Positions 28,238 to 43,858 of a DNA stretch of 64,000 nucleotides are shown piece after piece. The position numbers and the translations under genes are program-made. The DNA is from Candidatus Deferrimicrobiaceae bacterium. Lineage in GTDB: Bacteria > Methylomirabilota > Methylomirabilia > Rokubacteriales > CSP1-6. Position 1 is the stretch's first letter. The number at the start of each line of letters is the position of its first letter. The stretch spans positions 121 to 64,120 of the forward strand of contig DATHSW010000395.1 in assembly GCA_035463855.1 (NCBI GenBank), in the 5' to 3' direction. Under the pieces are notes generated by a model. The model worked only from the letters and a program-made list of their open reading frames with translations, did not search any database and had not been told where the DNA came from.

Positions 28238-30304
28238 TCATTCCTGCTCGGGGATGAGGTCGATCTGGTGGAGCCAGGCCGCCGCCTCGCCATCGCTCGG
28301 GGCGCGATAGTCGCCCCGCGGCGAGAGCGACCCGCCCGATCCGACCTTGGGCGCGTTCGGGATCGCGCTTCGCTTGAACTGGCTCAGCCGGAAGAAGCGG
28401 TCGAGGAACAGGCGCAGGTAGGCCTTGATCTGCTGGATCCCGTACTCACGGTGCGCGGCCGGCTGGATATCGGGCCAGGCGCCCAGGGACCGGTCGTGCC
28501 AGGCACAGTAGGCGAGGAAGGCGACCTTCGGCGGCGGATAGCCGAAGCGTAGCGTGTAGTAGAGGTTGAAATCCTGCAGCTCGAACGGGCCGACCACGGC
28601 CTCCGTCTCCTGCGCGGGCTGCGCCCGATCGGCTTCGCCCGGGACCAGCTCCGGACTGATCCGGGTGCCGAGGATCTCGAGCAAGACGTCGCTCGCCTGG
28701 GTGCCCAGGCGGTCGGTCCGGGCCACCCAGCGGATCAGGTGCTGGATCAGGGTCTTCGGCACGCTGGCGTTGACCGCGTAGTGCGACATCTGGTCGCCGA
28801 CCCCGTAGGTGCACCAGCCGAGCGCGAGCTCGCTCAGATCGCCGGTGCCGACGACCAGCCCCCGGTGGAGATTGGCCAGGCGGAAGAGATGGCTCGTCCG
28901 CTCGCCCGCCTGCACGTTCTCGAAGGTCACGTCGTAGACCTTCTCGCCCCGGCTGAACGGATGCCCGATGTCCCCGAGCATCTGGAGCGCGCTCGGCCCG
29001 ATGTCGATCTCGTGCGCCTCGACCCCGATGGCGCGCATCAGCCGATGCGCCTGGTCGAGCGTGCGCCGGCTGGTGGCGAAGCCCGGCATCGTGTAGGCGA
29101 GGACGTGATTCCGGGGATGGCCCAGGACGTCCATGGCCTGGGCCGCGACGAGAAGGGCGTGGGTCGAGTCGAGCCCGCCCGACACGCCGATCACGACGTG
29201 CGGCAGCCCGGTGAACTGCAGCCGCTTGACCAGGCCCTGCACCTGGATCTCGTATATCTCGGCGCAGCGGGCGTCGCGCCGCTCCGCGCTCGCCGGCACG
29301 TACGGAAAGCGCTCGTAGCGGCGCTCCGGCAGCAACCGGCCTTGCTGCGGGAGCGGAAGGCGTACCGGAATCCGCCGGAACCGCCGGAGCCGGTCCCGGT
29401 GCCGCTCCGCGGCCTGCGCGAAGCTGGTCTGGCGCATCCGCTCCTGGGCCAGGCGCTCGAGGTCGATCTCGGCGCAGACGAGCTGCGGCTCGTAGCTGAA
29501 CCGGCGGGACTCCGCCAGGAGGTCTCCGTTCTCGCAGATGATCGCGTGGCCGTCCCAGGCCAGATCGGTCGTGGACTCCCCGTATCCCGCGCCCGAATAG
29601 AGGTAGGCGGCGAGACACCGGCCGGACTGGCTTGCCACGAGCAGGTGCCGGTAGTCGGCCTTGGCCACCGTGACGTTGGAGGCCGAGAGATTCAGCAGGG
29701 CGGTGGCGCCGGCCAGCGCGGCCTCGGACGACGGCGGCACCGGCACCCAGAGATCCTCGCAGATCTCCACGTGGAAGGTCGCCAGCGGCTGCTCCTCGAG
29801 CCGGAACAGCAGGTCGGAGCCGAACGGCACGTCCCGCTGACCGCAGCACTCCACGGTGTCGCGCACCGCGGCGTCGCCCGGCGCGAACTGTCGCCGCTCG
29901 TAGAACTCGCGGTAGTTGGGCAGGTAGGTCTTGGGGACGATCCCCAGCACTTGCCCCCGGCACAGCACGACCGCGCAGTTGTAGAGCAGCTGGTCGACGG
30001 CCAGCGGCATCCCGACCACCGCGACGATCGGCCAGGCCCGCGAGGCATCGAGCACCTGCTCGAGCGCGCGCCGGCATTCCTCGAGGAGCGCGCCCTGGTG
30101 GAAGAGATCCTCGCACGAGTACGCGGAGAGGCAGAGCTCGGGAAACAGCACCGCGATCGCCCGGCGCTCCGCGGCCTGGGCGATCAGCTCGCAGACCTGC
30201 CGCGCGTTGTACGCCGGGTCGGCCACGCGCACGGCGGGTACCGCCACCCCGACCCGGATGAGCTCGTGATTGTAGAGATTGAAGAAGTCCTCCCCGTCGC
30301 GCAC
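28238..30304 (-). CDS. nadE: glutamine-dependent NAD+ synthetase (large two-domain form)
   Basis: 688 aa with an N-terminal CN-hydrolase domain ([15 protein letters not shown]) and a C-terminal synthetase carrying [15 protein letters not shown]. Confidence 0.9.
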   Translation of the reverse strand: MRDGEDFFNLYNHELIRVGVAVPAVRVADPAYNARQVCELIAQAAERRAIAVLFPELCLSAYSCEDLFHQGALLEECRRALEQVLDASRAWPIVAVVGMPLAVDQLLYNCAVVLCRGQVLGIVPKTYLPNYREFYERRQFAPGDAAVRDTVECCGQRDVPFGSDLLFRLEEQPLATFHVEICEDLWVPVPPSSEAALAGATALLNLSASNVTVAKADYRHLLVASQSGRCLAAYLYSGAGYGESTTDLAWDGHAIICENGDLLAESRRFSYEPQLVCAEIDLERLAQERMRQTSFAQAAERHRDRLRRFRRIPVRLPLPQQGRLLPERRYERFPYVPASAERRDARCAEIYEIQVQGLVKRLQFTGLPHVVIGVSGGLDSTHALLVAAQAMDVLGHPRNHVLAYTMPGFATSRRTLDQAHRLMRAIGVEAHEIDIGPSALQMLGDIGHPFSRGEKVYDVTFENVQAGERTSHLFRLANLHRGLVVGTGDLSELALGWCTYGVGDQMSHYAVNASVPKTLIQHLIRWVARTDRLGTQASDVLLEILGTRISPELVPGEADRAQPAQETEAVVGPFELQDFNLYYTLRFGYPPPKVAFLAYCAWHDRSLGAWPDIQPAAHREYGIQQIKAYLRLFLDRFFRLSQFKRSAIPNAPKVGSGGSLSPRGDYRAPSDGEAAAWLHQIDLIPEQE

Positions 30305-30331
30305 CGGCTCCTCCCCGCGCTCAGTCCCGCC

Positions 30332-34104
<3,773 letters not shown>

Positions 34105-34137
34105 TCGAGGCTCGCGGAGCTCGGCCGCTAGCCCGGA

Positions 34138-34620
34138 CTAGTCATGAACGGGCGACGGCTCCGGCGGAGGGGTCGCCGCGGGCGCCGGAGGCCGCACGAG
34201 CATCACCGGAACCGTCGCTCTGGCGAAGACCCGTTCGGCCACGCTGCCGAGCAGGACGCGTCCGATCGCGCTCCGGCCCGCGGTGCCCACCACGATCAGG
34301 TCGGCCCCGAAGGCCTGGGCCTCCTCGAGGATCTGTGCGACCGGATCCCCGAAGCGCACGACGCTGTCCACCGGCACCCCGCCGAAGTGGCCCTCGAGCG
34401 TGCGCAGATAGTCGACGCCCTGGCTGGTGAGGCTCGCCGTCTCCTGATCCGCGTAGACCACGACGCGGCCTCGCGCGTCGTGGACGGCCGATGGGTCGGG
34501 CGCCACGTGCAGCAACCGCACCGTCGCGTGGGCACCTCGGGCGGTGTCGGCCGCGATGGCCGCGATCGCCTCCGCGTGCGGCGACCGGTCGACCGCCAGC
34601 AGGATTCGCCGGGTCGCCAA
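34138..34620 (-). CDS. universal stress protein (UspA family)
   Basis: MATRRILLAVDRSP..., GTAGRSAIGRVLLGSVAERV. Close paralog of 11120-11524. Confidence 0.85.
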   Translation of the reverse strand: MATRRILLAVDRSPHAEAIAAIAADTARGAHATVRLLHVAPDPSAVHDARGRVVVYADQETASLTSQGVDYLRTLEGHFGGVPVDSVVRFGDPVAQILEEAQAFGADLIVVGTAGRSAIGRVLLGSVAERVFARATVPVMLVRPPAPAATPPPEPSPVHD

Positions 34621-34632
34621 GGTCAGCCTCCC

Positions 34633-34851
34633 CTACCCCTTCTTGACCTTGGGCTTGGTGACGCCCCAGATCACGCGCGGCCCCTCCGCCGCCTGGTGAA
34701 TCGTCGTGTCCTTGCGGAACGCGGCCCGGGCGCTCTTCTGCCGGCGGCGGACGCGTGCCGGCATCGCTTGTGAGCTGGGGGGCCGGCCGGCCTTGGCGGA
34801 ACGGCGCCCCTGCTTCGCACTCCTGACGCGTGCCGCTCGTGCTTTTGCCAT
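34633..34851 (-). CDS. small highly basic protein (72 aa), hypothetical
   Basis: MAKARAARVRSAKQGRRSAKAGRPP...IWGVTKPKVKKG. Ribosome-binding site GAGGAGG lies 5 nt upstream, and the opposite-strand ORF looks non-coding. Confidence 0.4.
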   Translation of the reverse strand: MAKARAARVRSAKQGRRSAKAGRPPSSQAMPARVRRRQKSARAAFRKDTTIHQAAEGPRVIWGVTKPKVKKG

Positions 34852-34882
34852 CACGGCCTCCTCTTCGCGGTTCTCGACCCGG

Positions 34883-35113
34883 TCAGCGATCGCCCGACCG
34901 CTCGTATTCCTCGTCCTGCGCCGGGTCGCGAGCCGGCGGCCCCGGCACCCCCGGCTCACGCGCGGCGCCGGCGCCGCGCCAACCGAGCGGGTGAGGCGCG
35001 GGAACGGGCGCGAGCTTCCCGCCCGGACGTCGCCGCGTCCTTCTCCCGGCCGGCTTCGCCGCCCCCCGGCCCACCTTCGCGCGGCCCCGTTTCTTCTTCG
35101 CCATGGCTACCAC
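34883..35113 (-). CDS. small basic protein (76 aa), hypothetical
   Basis: (GTG)VAMAKKKRGRAKVGRGAAKPAGRRTRRRPGG..., with GGAGG 6 nt upstream of GTG 35113. The sequence is low-complexity, so coding status is uncertain. Confidence 0.3.
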   Translation of the reverse strand: MVAMAKKKRGRAKVGRGAAKPAGRRTRRRPGGKLAPVPAPHPLGWRGAGAAREPGVPGPPARDPAQDEEYERSGDR

Positions 35114-35571
35114 ATGTAGCCTCCGCCGAACTCGGCGACCTTCCCCTCGAGCAAGAGGGCCTTCAGCACGTCCTGCTCGGTGAGCATCCCGACGAGGCGC
35201 CCGTGCTCCAGGACCGGCAGGCTCCCCACGCGGCTTTCGAACATGATCAGCGCGCCGTACGTCAGCGGAGCCTCCGGACCGGTCGTGACCACGGCCCAGG
35301 TCATCACGTCCTTCACCCGCAGGTTCTCCAGCGTCTCGCTCATCTGCCTGGCTCGCCGGTGAGCCCGGACCGACAGGTACTCGTCCAGCGCCGGGGCGAG
35401 GGCCGCGTGCCGGAGGTCACGATCGGTGACGATCCCGATGAGCGTCCCGGCGTCGTCCACGACCGGCAGGTGACGGATGTGCTTGGTGCGCATGACGTCC
35501 AGCGCCGTGCCCACCGCGGCCTCCGGGTCGATCGTGATCGGATGCTTGGTCATGACGTCCTTGACCTTCAT
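35107..35571 (-). CDS. CBS-pair domain protein
   Basis: MKVKDVMTKHPITI... with two CBS motifs. Ribosome-binding site GGAGAA before ATG 35571. Confidence 0.85.
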   Translation of the reverse strand: MKVKDVMTKHPITIDPEAAVGTALDVMRTKHIRHLPVVDDAGTLIGIVTDRDLRHAALAPALDEYLSVRAHRRARQMSETLENLRVKDVMTWAVVTTGPEAPLTYGALIMFESRVGSLPVLEHGRLVGMLTEQDVLKALLLEGKVAEFGGGYMW

Positions 35572-35598
35572 CGTTTCTCCTTCAGCCGCGGTCAACGG

Positions 35599-36159
35599 TC
35601 AGCCCTCGACGCCCCAGCGGCCGGGCTTGGAGATCACGCCCTCGTCCAGCATCTGGATGAGCGTCTTCAGCACGTCGCCGACCGCGAGCATGCCCACCAC
35701 CCGGTCATGGTCCACGACCGGGGCAGCCCCGATCTTGTTCGCGTACATGAGGTGCGCGGCCTGGCGGAGCGGGGTGTCCGGGGTCGCGCTGACCGCCCCC
35801 CACGTCATCACGTCCTTGACGGTGCGGCTCTTGAGAACGCGGTCCACGTCGTCGAACGCATCGCGCAGGGCCGGTTCCAGGATGGCCTGCCGGAGGTCCC
35901 GGTCGCTCACCATGCCCACGAGACGCCCCTTGTCGCTCACCACCGGGGCGTGGCGGATGCTCCGGGCCCGCATGGCCTTGACCGCGGCGCCCACGAGCAT
36001 CTCCTGGCGGAACGTCACGGCCGGGCGGGTCATGATGTCGCGGACCCGTACGGCGCCCTCCGGCCAGGAGGCCTCCTCGAGCTCGCGCCGCGCACGGCCG
36101 GCGCGCTTCGGGTTCCGGGTCCGTATGTCGCGGGTGATCGCTCGCTTGGGACGGCTCAT
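35599..36159 (-). CDS. CBS-pair domain protein with a basic N-terminal extension (paralog of 59356-59916)
   Basis: MSRPKRAITRDIRTRNPKRAGRARRELEEASWPEG... followed by two CBS motifs. Ribosome-binding site GGGGAGG. Confidence 0.85.
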   Translation of the reverse strand: MSRPKRAITRDIRTRNPKRAGRARRELEEASWPEGAVRVRDIMTRPAVTFRQEMLVGAAVKAMRARSIRHAPVVSDKGRLVGMVSDRDLRQAILEPALRDAFDDVDRVLKSRTVKDVMTWGAVSATPDTPLRQAAHLMYANKIGAAPVVDHDRVVGMLAVGDVLKTLIQMLDEGVISKPGRWGVEG

Positions 36160-36189
36160 GAGATTCCTCCCCTCTTCGAGCCGGTGGGG

Positions 36190-36205
36190 TGCAACCGCCT
36201 TGCCA
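36190..36205 (-). promoter_or_regulatory. sigma-54 type -24/-12 promoter for the CBS-CBS-basic-basic-USP-polX-ligA(-nadE) gene string
   Basis: Minus strand reads TGGCAA-GGCGG-TTGCA, about 30 nt upstream of ATG 36159. Confidence 0.6.
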
Positions 36206-36279
36206 GATGCCGGCGGCGGTGACTGCTTGCGAACCGAGACGTTAGCCATCAGCCGCGGGTGACCTTTGGGTCTCTCCCT

Positions 36280-36291
36280 CCTCAGCTGAGG
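36280..36291. promoter_or_regulatory. perfect 12-bp palindrome CCTCAGCTGAGG, candidate activator (UAS) site
   Basis: Centred about 82 bp upstream of the GG of the promoter at 36190. A near-identical element sits at the same offset upstream of the paralogous promoter at 59932. Confidence 0.35.
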
Positions 36292-36318
36292 CGCGCGGGC
36301 CCCATGCCCCGGGCAGGG

Positions 36319-37668
36319 TCACGAGGCAGGCGGCGGGGCGATCAGGCCCTCCCGCATGAGCAGGCCGACGGCTTCGCGCGCATCGCGCATCATCCGGGCG
36401 GCCTCTCCGTGGAGCACCTCCCGGCTCTTCGTCAGGCGCGCGATGCCCTCCGCCTGGGCGGCGAGGCCGGCCGCGACCGCCACTCGGGGAAACACCTCCC
36501 ACTCGTCCATCCGCGGGAGGATGTCCTCGTCCCCGATCGTTCGTGACTCGGCGAAGGCCGCCAGCTCCCGGGCCACCGCCCTCGCCATCCCGTCGGTGAT
36601 GGCCCGGGCTCGCACGTCGAGCACCCCCCGGAAGAGCCCCGGGAAGACCAGCGAGTTGTTGAGCTGGTTGGGGAAGTCGCCCCGGCCGGTCGCGACCACG
36701 CGCGCCCCGGCGGCCTTGGCCTCCCACGGCCAGATCTCCGGAACGGGGTTGGCGCAGGCGAAGACGATGGCGTCCCGGGCCATGCCGCCCACCCACTCGG
36801 GCTTGATGATTCCCGGCCCCGAAGCCGAGAAGGCCACGCAGACGTCGGCGCCCCGCAAGGCCTCGGCGATACCGCCCACGATCCCATCGGCGTTGCTCTC
36901 CCGGCACACGCGCCACTTGTCCGGGAATCGCCCCTGCTCCGTCTCGATGTCGTGCCGGTGCCGATGCAGGATGCCCTTGCGGTCGCACGCCACGATGGCG
37001 CCCGGCTCGACGCCGCTGGTGGTGAGCAGGCGATAGCCGGCGACGTTGGCCGCGCCCATTCCCACCATCGCGATGCGGACCCGGCCGAGGTCCTTGCCCA
37101 CGACCTTGAGGCCGTTGATCAGACCTGCCAGCAGCGCGGTGGCCGTGCCCTGCTGGTCGTCGTGCCAGACCGGAATGCTCATCTGGGCCCGGAGCGCGTC
37201 GAGCACGCGGAAGCACTTGGGTTGCGCGATGTCCTCCAGGTTGATTCCCCCGAAGGTGGGCTCGAGCAGCTTGACGGTTCGCACCAGCTCGTCGGGATCC
37301 TTCGTCGCCAGGCAGATCGGGACCGCGTCGACACCGCCCAGATACTTGAAGAGCATCGCCTTGCCTTCCATGACCGGCAGCCCGGCCTCGGGCCCGATGT
37401 CACCCAGACCGAGCACCCGCGTGCCGTCGGTGACGATGGCGATGGAGTTGCCCTTGTTGGTGTGCGCGTACACCAGCTCGGGATCGGCCTGGATGGCCCG
37501 GCACGGGGCGGCCACCCCGGGGGAGTACCAGATCGCGAAGTCCTCCACGCCGCGGATCGCGCACTTGGGCAAGACCTGCAGCTTGCCCCGGTAGAAGGGA
37601 TGCAGGCGCAACGCCTCCTCGGCGGGCTTGCTCGCCCGCGCGAGCCGGTCCTCGGTGTCCTCGCGCAT
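36319..37668 (-). CDS. NAD(P)-dependent malic enzyme (short form)
   Basis: 449 aa from ATG 37668 with EEALRLHPFYRGKLQV, VTDGTRVLGLGDIGP and the Rossmann motif MVGMGAANVAGY. Confidence 0.9.
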   Translation of the reverse strand: MREDTEDRLARASKPAEEALRLHPFYRGKLQVLPKCAIRGVEDFAIWYSPGVAAPCRAIQADPELVYAHTNKGNSIAIVTDGTRVLGLGDIGPEAGLPVMEGKAMLFKYLGGVDAVPICLATKDPDELVRTVKLLEPTFGGINLEDIAQPKCFRVLDALRAQMSIPVWHDDQQGTATALLAGLINGLKVVGKDLGRVRIAMVGMGAANVAGYRLLTTSGVEPGAIVACDRKGILHRHRHDIETEQGRFPDKWRVCRESNADGIVGGIAEALRGADVCVAFSASGPGIIKPEWVGGMARDAIVFACANPVPEIWPWEAKAAGARVVATGRGDFPNQLNNSLVFPGLFRGVLDVRARAITDGMARAVARELAAFAESRTIGDEDILPRMDEWEVFPRVAVAAGLAAQAEGIARLTKSREVLHGEAARMMRDAREAVGLLMREGLIAPPPAS

Positions 37669-37680
37669 GGCCTCGAGCGC

Positions 37681-37696
37681 TGCAACTCGGCTGCCA
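37681..37696 (-). promoter_or_regulatory. candidate sigma-54 promoter for the malic enzyme gene
   Basis: Minus strand reads TGGCAG-CCGAG-TTGCA. The -12 GC lies only 14 nt before ATG 37668, which implies a near-leaderless mRNA. Confidence 0.45.
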
Positions 37697-37841
37697 GCCG
37701 TCGGCTCCCGCAATGGCGGCCACTTGCCCCACGCCGGCCGGGGCGCCCGTGCCCCATCTGGGGCGCGGCGCTCTCGGTCCGGGGAGGTGTCGCGGCCTCC
37801 ACGGAGAGCGCCTTGTCCGCGTTTGCCGTGGCTTGAGCGCG

Positions 37842-37857
37842 GGGCACGAAGCTTGCT
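37842..37857 (+). promoter_or_regulatory. candidate sigma-54 promoter for the lipoprotein-MlaC pair
   Basis: GGGCAC-GAAGC-TTGCT, 26 nt upstream of ATG 37883. Confidence 0.45.
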
Positions 37858-37882
37858 CGGATCCTCGCCGAGGAGGATCTCG

Positions 37883-38143
37883 ATGAGCGACTTCAGGTGG
37901 ACCGCGATGGCCGTACCGATCGTGCTGCTCGCCGCGACGACGCTCGTGGCGGGCTGCGCGACGAAGCGCATCGTCTGGGAGAAGGCCGCCGTCGCCCAGG
38001 TCGAGCGAGAGCGAGACGAGAACGCGTGCCTTCGGGCGGCCATGGGCGGCGACGGCGGCCAGCTCCTGGTGCCGTACTGCATCGACCGCGACGTCTACAC
38101 CCGGTGCATGGAAGGTCGCGGCTATACCGTTCGATCCCAGTGA
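37883..38143 (+). CDS. small lipoprotein (86 aa)
   Basis: Ribosome-binding site AGGAGG. Signal peptide with lipobox LVAGC (MSDFRWTAMAVPIVLLAATTLVAGCATK). Confidence 0.6.
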   Translation: MSDFRWTAMAVPIVLLAATTLVAGCATKRIVWEKAAVAQVERERDENACLRAAMGGDGGQLLVPYCIDRDVYTRCMEGRGYTVRSQ

Positions 38144-38772
38144 CGCGATCCCCGTTCGCCCTTCCCGCGCGCCTCGCCCCCTGGGTGCTGAGCGTGCTCT
38201 GCGTCCTGGCCTGGGCGCCCGCGACCGATGGGAGCGGCGCGGGTCCGGCCGAGGAGCTCAAAGGGGCGATCGACCGGGTCCTCCGCGTCCTCGAGGATCC
38301 CGTCCTCAAGGAGGCGCCCAGGGCGGGCGAGCGCCGTCGCGCGGTCCGGCGGATCGCCGACGAGATCTTCGACTTCGAGGAGACCGCGCGCCGGTCCATG
38401 GCGCAGCACTGGCGATCGCTGACCCCGGACCAACGACGGGAGTTCGTGGAGCTCTTCGGCGAGCTGCTCGAGCGGGCCTACATGTCGAAGATCGAGCTCT
38501 ACGGCGGCGAGAAGATCCAGTACCGGGGCGAGCGGGTGGAGGGCGACTACGCCACCGTCTTCACCCGGCTCACCACCACGAAGGGCACCGAGGTGCCGAT
38601 CGACTATCGCATGCTCAGGCGAAGCGACCGGTGGCGCGTCTATGACGTCAGCGTCGAGGGCGTGAGCCTCGTGGCCAACTATCGCACCCAGTTCAACAGC
38701 CTGATGCGCACATCCTCCGCCGACGAGCTGCTCGAAAAGATGCGGAGCCGCGTCGAGGAGATCCGCCGATGA
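38140..38772 (+). CDS. MlaC/Ttg2D-family phospholipid-binding periplasmic protein
   Basis: GTG start overlapping the upstream stop. Signal peptide, then FDFEETARRSMAQHWRSLTPDQRREFVELF ... WRVYDVSVEGVSLVANYRTQF. Confidence 0.7.
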   Translation: MTRSPFALPARLAPWVLSVLCVLAWAPATDGSGAGPAEELKGAIDRVLRVLEDPVLKEAPRAGERRRAVRRIADEIFDFEETARRSMAQHWRSLTPDQRREFVELFGELLERAYMSKIELYGGEKIQYRGERVEGDYATVFTRLTTTKGTEVPIDYRMLRRSDRWRVYDVSVEGVSLVANYRTQFNSLMRTSSADELLEKMRSRVEEIRR

Positions 38773-38785
38773 GCCCGCCGCCGCG

Positions 38786-39325
38786 TCACCAGTACCGGAC
38801 GCGCCCGACGTCCACGTGGACGAAGTTCGAGTCCGGGTAGTAGCCGACCCCGCCGGCCCCGAGCGCCTTCGCGGCGGCATGCACCGACGCGAGCGGCCGG
38901 CCCGGCACCCGGATGTCGACGGCCATGCCCGCGACGTGGAGGCTCGTCGAGGCGACCCCGCTCGTGGTCGCGACGAGCCGGGCATTCGTCGCCGGGGAGC
39001 GGTAGCCGGAGATGACCTCGAAGGGCTCGCGGGTCTCCAGGCGGTCGCGAAGCGCGCCCAGCACGTCGAGGAGCCGGCGGTCGATGGGGTGCACCGTGTT
39101 GCTGCGGTGGTCGCGGAGCAGCCGGTCGATCTCGATGAGCCCGTCGCGCACGTACCGGCCGGCCGCCCAGTACGTCGCGCGCACCCACTCGCCCGTGTGC
39201 ACGCTCCGCAGCGAGAGGATGCGCGCGTCGGCCGCGGCCGCGCGCCCGACCGGCACCAGCAGGCCGGCCAGCCCCGCCATGCCGAGCCGCAGGATCCGCC
39301 GTCGGGACGCGCCGTGATGGTCCAT
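38786..39325 (-). CDS. DUF882/YcbK-like peptidase M15A family protein (Tat signal)
   Basis: MDHHGASRRRILRLG twin-arginine signal, ISGYRSPATNA, SLHVAGMAVDIRV, GVGYYPDSNFVHVDVG. Confidence 0.8.
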   Translation of the reverse strand: MDHHGASRRRILRLGMAGLAGLLVPVGRAAAADARILSLRSVHTGEWVRATYWAAGRYVRDGLIEIDRLLRDHRSNTVHPIDRRLLDVLGALRDRLETREPFEVISGYRSPATNARLVATTSGVASTSLHVAGMAVDIRVPGRPLASVHAAAKALGAGGVGYYPDSNFVHVDVGRVRYW

Positions 39326-39330
39326 TCCGG

Positions 39331-41036
39331 TCAACCTGAACCCTCCTCTCGGGGCGACGGACAGCCGCCGTTTCCGCGAGCCAGATCCGGCGCGCCCGCC
39401 CGCCGCTCCGCGGCCAGCGCGGCGGCGAGGCGGTGGTCGCGCTCGTAGACGTCGTCCCGGAAGTTCACCAGCCCGTCCGGGCCGACGAACGCCGTCCAGT
39501 ACAGTATGTACACGGGCAGCGGCGGGGCAACCGGAATTCGCGGCGAGCCCCCGGCCGCGATGGCCTCCTCGAGCCGCCGTCGGGTCCAGCGGCCGGTCCC
39601 GTCCGTCAGCACGTGGGCCGCGACGTCGTCCGCTCGCTCCACCCGGATGCACCCGTGGCTGGCCGTCCGCACCGGGCGCGCGAACAGCGACCGGGTCGGG
39701 CTGTCGTGGAGATAGACGTCGAAGCGGTTCGGGACGTCGAACTTGATCCGGCCCAGCGGGTTGTCCGGCCCGGGCTGCTGCTGCAGCCGGAACGGGAACG
39801 CCTCCGCGGAGACCGCGGACCAGTCGACCGCGAGGCCGAACGGGTCGCTCTCCCGCCGCTCCATGATGACGATGTCGTTGTCGGCCAGATAGCGACGGTT
39901 CTCGCGGAGCCGGGGCAGGATCTCCCGGGCCGCGATCGAGGTGGGCACGTTCCACCTTGGATTGAGAATCACCGCCTCGAGCTGGGTCTGCACCGCCGGC
40001 GTCGGGTGCCGGCGGTCGCCGACCACGACGCGCGAGGTGAGGACGGGCCGGCCGTCCTCGACCACCTGCAGCGTGGCGTCGGCCGCGTTCACCACGATGT
40101 AGCGCGGCCCGAGGTCCCGCGGGAGCCAGCGCCAGCGCTCCAGGTTCAGGATGATCTGCCGGATCCGGTCGGACGCCGGCACGTTCAGGGCGCGGACGGT
40201 CGCCTCGCCCACGATCGCGTCGACGGCGAGCCCGTGGCGCGCCTGAAAGCGGCGCACCCCCGCCTCGAGCCGATCGTCGAAGTGGGAATCGGCGGGCCGG
40301 GCCACGAGCTCATCCTCGGCCGCGAGGCGAGCGCGAATGGTGGCGACCCGGGCATCGTCGTCGCCGCGCCGGAGGAGCGGACCGGAGGGCACCGGCGGCC
40401 AGCCGCTCCGCTCCGCGATGGCCCGGTAGCGTCGGAGCGCCTCGACGAGCCGGCCGTAGCCCGGCGCCGGCGGCGGCAGCGACGCCAGCAGCGCGGGAAA
40501 CGTCGCCGGCTGGCGGACGCCCCGGGTCAGCGCCGACACCGCGTCGAAGCGCGGCGCGGGAATTGCCCAGTCCGGGTCCCGGCGCCCAGGCGGCACCCGG
40601 CCGGCCCGGACATCACCCGCGTAGCCGAGGAACGCGGCGGTCAGCAGCAGGTCGAGCTCGGCGGTGTGCCCACCGTTCGAGCTCGATCGGTGGGCTCGGA
40701 TCGCGTCGAGATGGTAGCGGCTGGGGTCGAGCCCGTGCGTGTCGGCGGTCGCCAGCGCCCGGAGGAGCAGCGCCGTGCGATCGAGTCCACCATCGGGCGC
40801 GTCCCACGCCGGCGCGAAGGCTCGCGGCCGGTAGAATCGCCCGAGAGCCCGCGGATCGAGCGACTGCCCGTCGACGCGGAGCCCGTCCGGCCGCTCCAGG
40901 AGCTCCCGGATGCGCGGGCTCGTGGCGCCGGCGGCCGCCCCCGACGGCGCGATCGAGGCGGCGACGAGCACCGCCGCGCTCACCGCCGTCAGGCGGCGGA
41001 GGAGCGCCCACCCGCGGACCCGTCCCGCCGCGCGCC

Positions 41037-41040
<4 letters not shown>
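39331..41040 (-). CDS. L,D-transpeptidase with peptidoglycan-binding domain (YcbB/LdtD-like)
   Basis: 569 aa with a signal peptide, PG-binding repeat ([21 protein letters not shown]) and YkuD catalytic motif SHGCIRV. Confidence 0.85.
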
Positions 41041-43444
<2,404 letters not shown>

Positions 43445-43445
<1 letters not shown>

Positions 43446-43858
43446 CAGCTGCCTCCCGTGCGCTTCGGCAGGGTGATGCGGAGCAGGCCCCGCTCGTAAC
43501 GCGCCTCGACCCGCTCCGCGTCGACGGCGGCCGGCAGCACGACCTCCACCTGGAAGGGGCCCTGGCGGATGCCGGCGGCGTGGTACACGGCGCCTTCGGC
43601 GCACGAGGGGAGCCGCCGGTGCCCTTCGACGACCAGCACGTCCTCGAAGAGCTGGACCTCGAAATCGTCCTCGTCGAGCCCGGCAAGCTCCACCAGGACC
43701 TCGATCGCGGTCGCCGTCTCGTAGGTGTCCGCCTCGGGCCGCCAGCCGACCCGCGCGAGCGGACGCAGGCGTTCGCTCGGCCAGACGTCTCCGAGCGGCC
43801 ACGCGGGCGCGGAGCGCACCAGCATCGTGTAGCGGTAGCTCAAGCGTCGGTATCTCAT
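43445..43858 (-). CDS. Hsp20/alpha-crystallin family protein (divergent third copy)
   Basis: 137 aa with ADTYETATAIEVLVELAGLDEDDFEVQL ... GLLRITLPK. Its stop overlaps the lon start. Confidence 0.8.
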
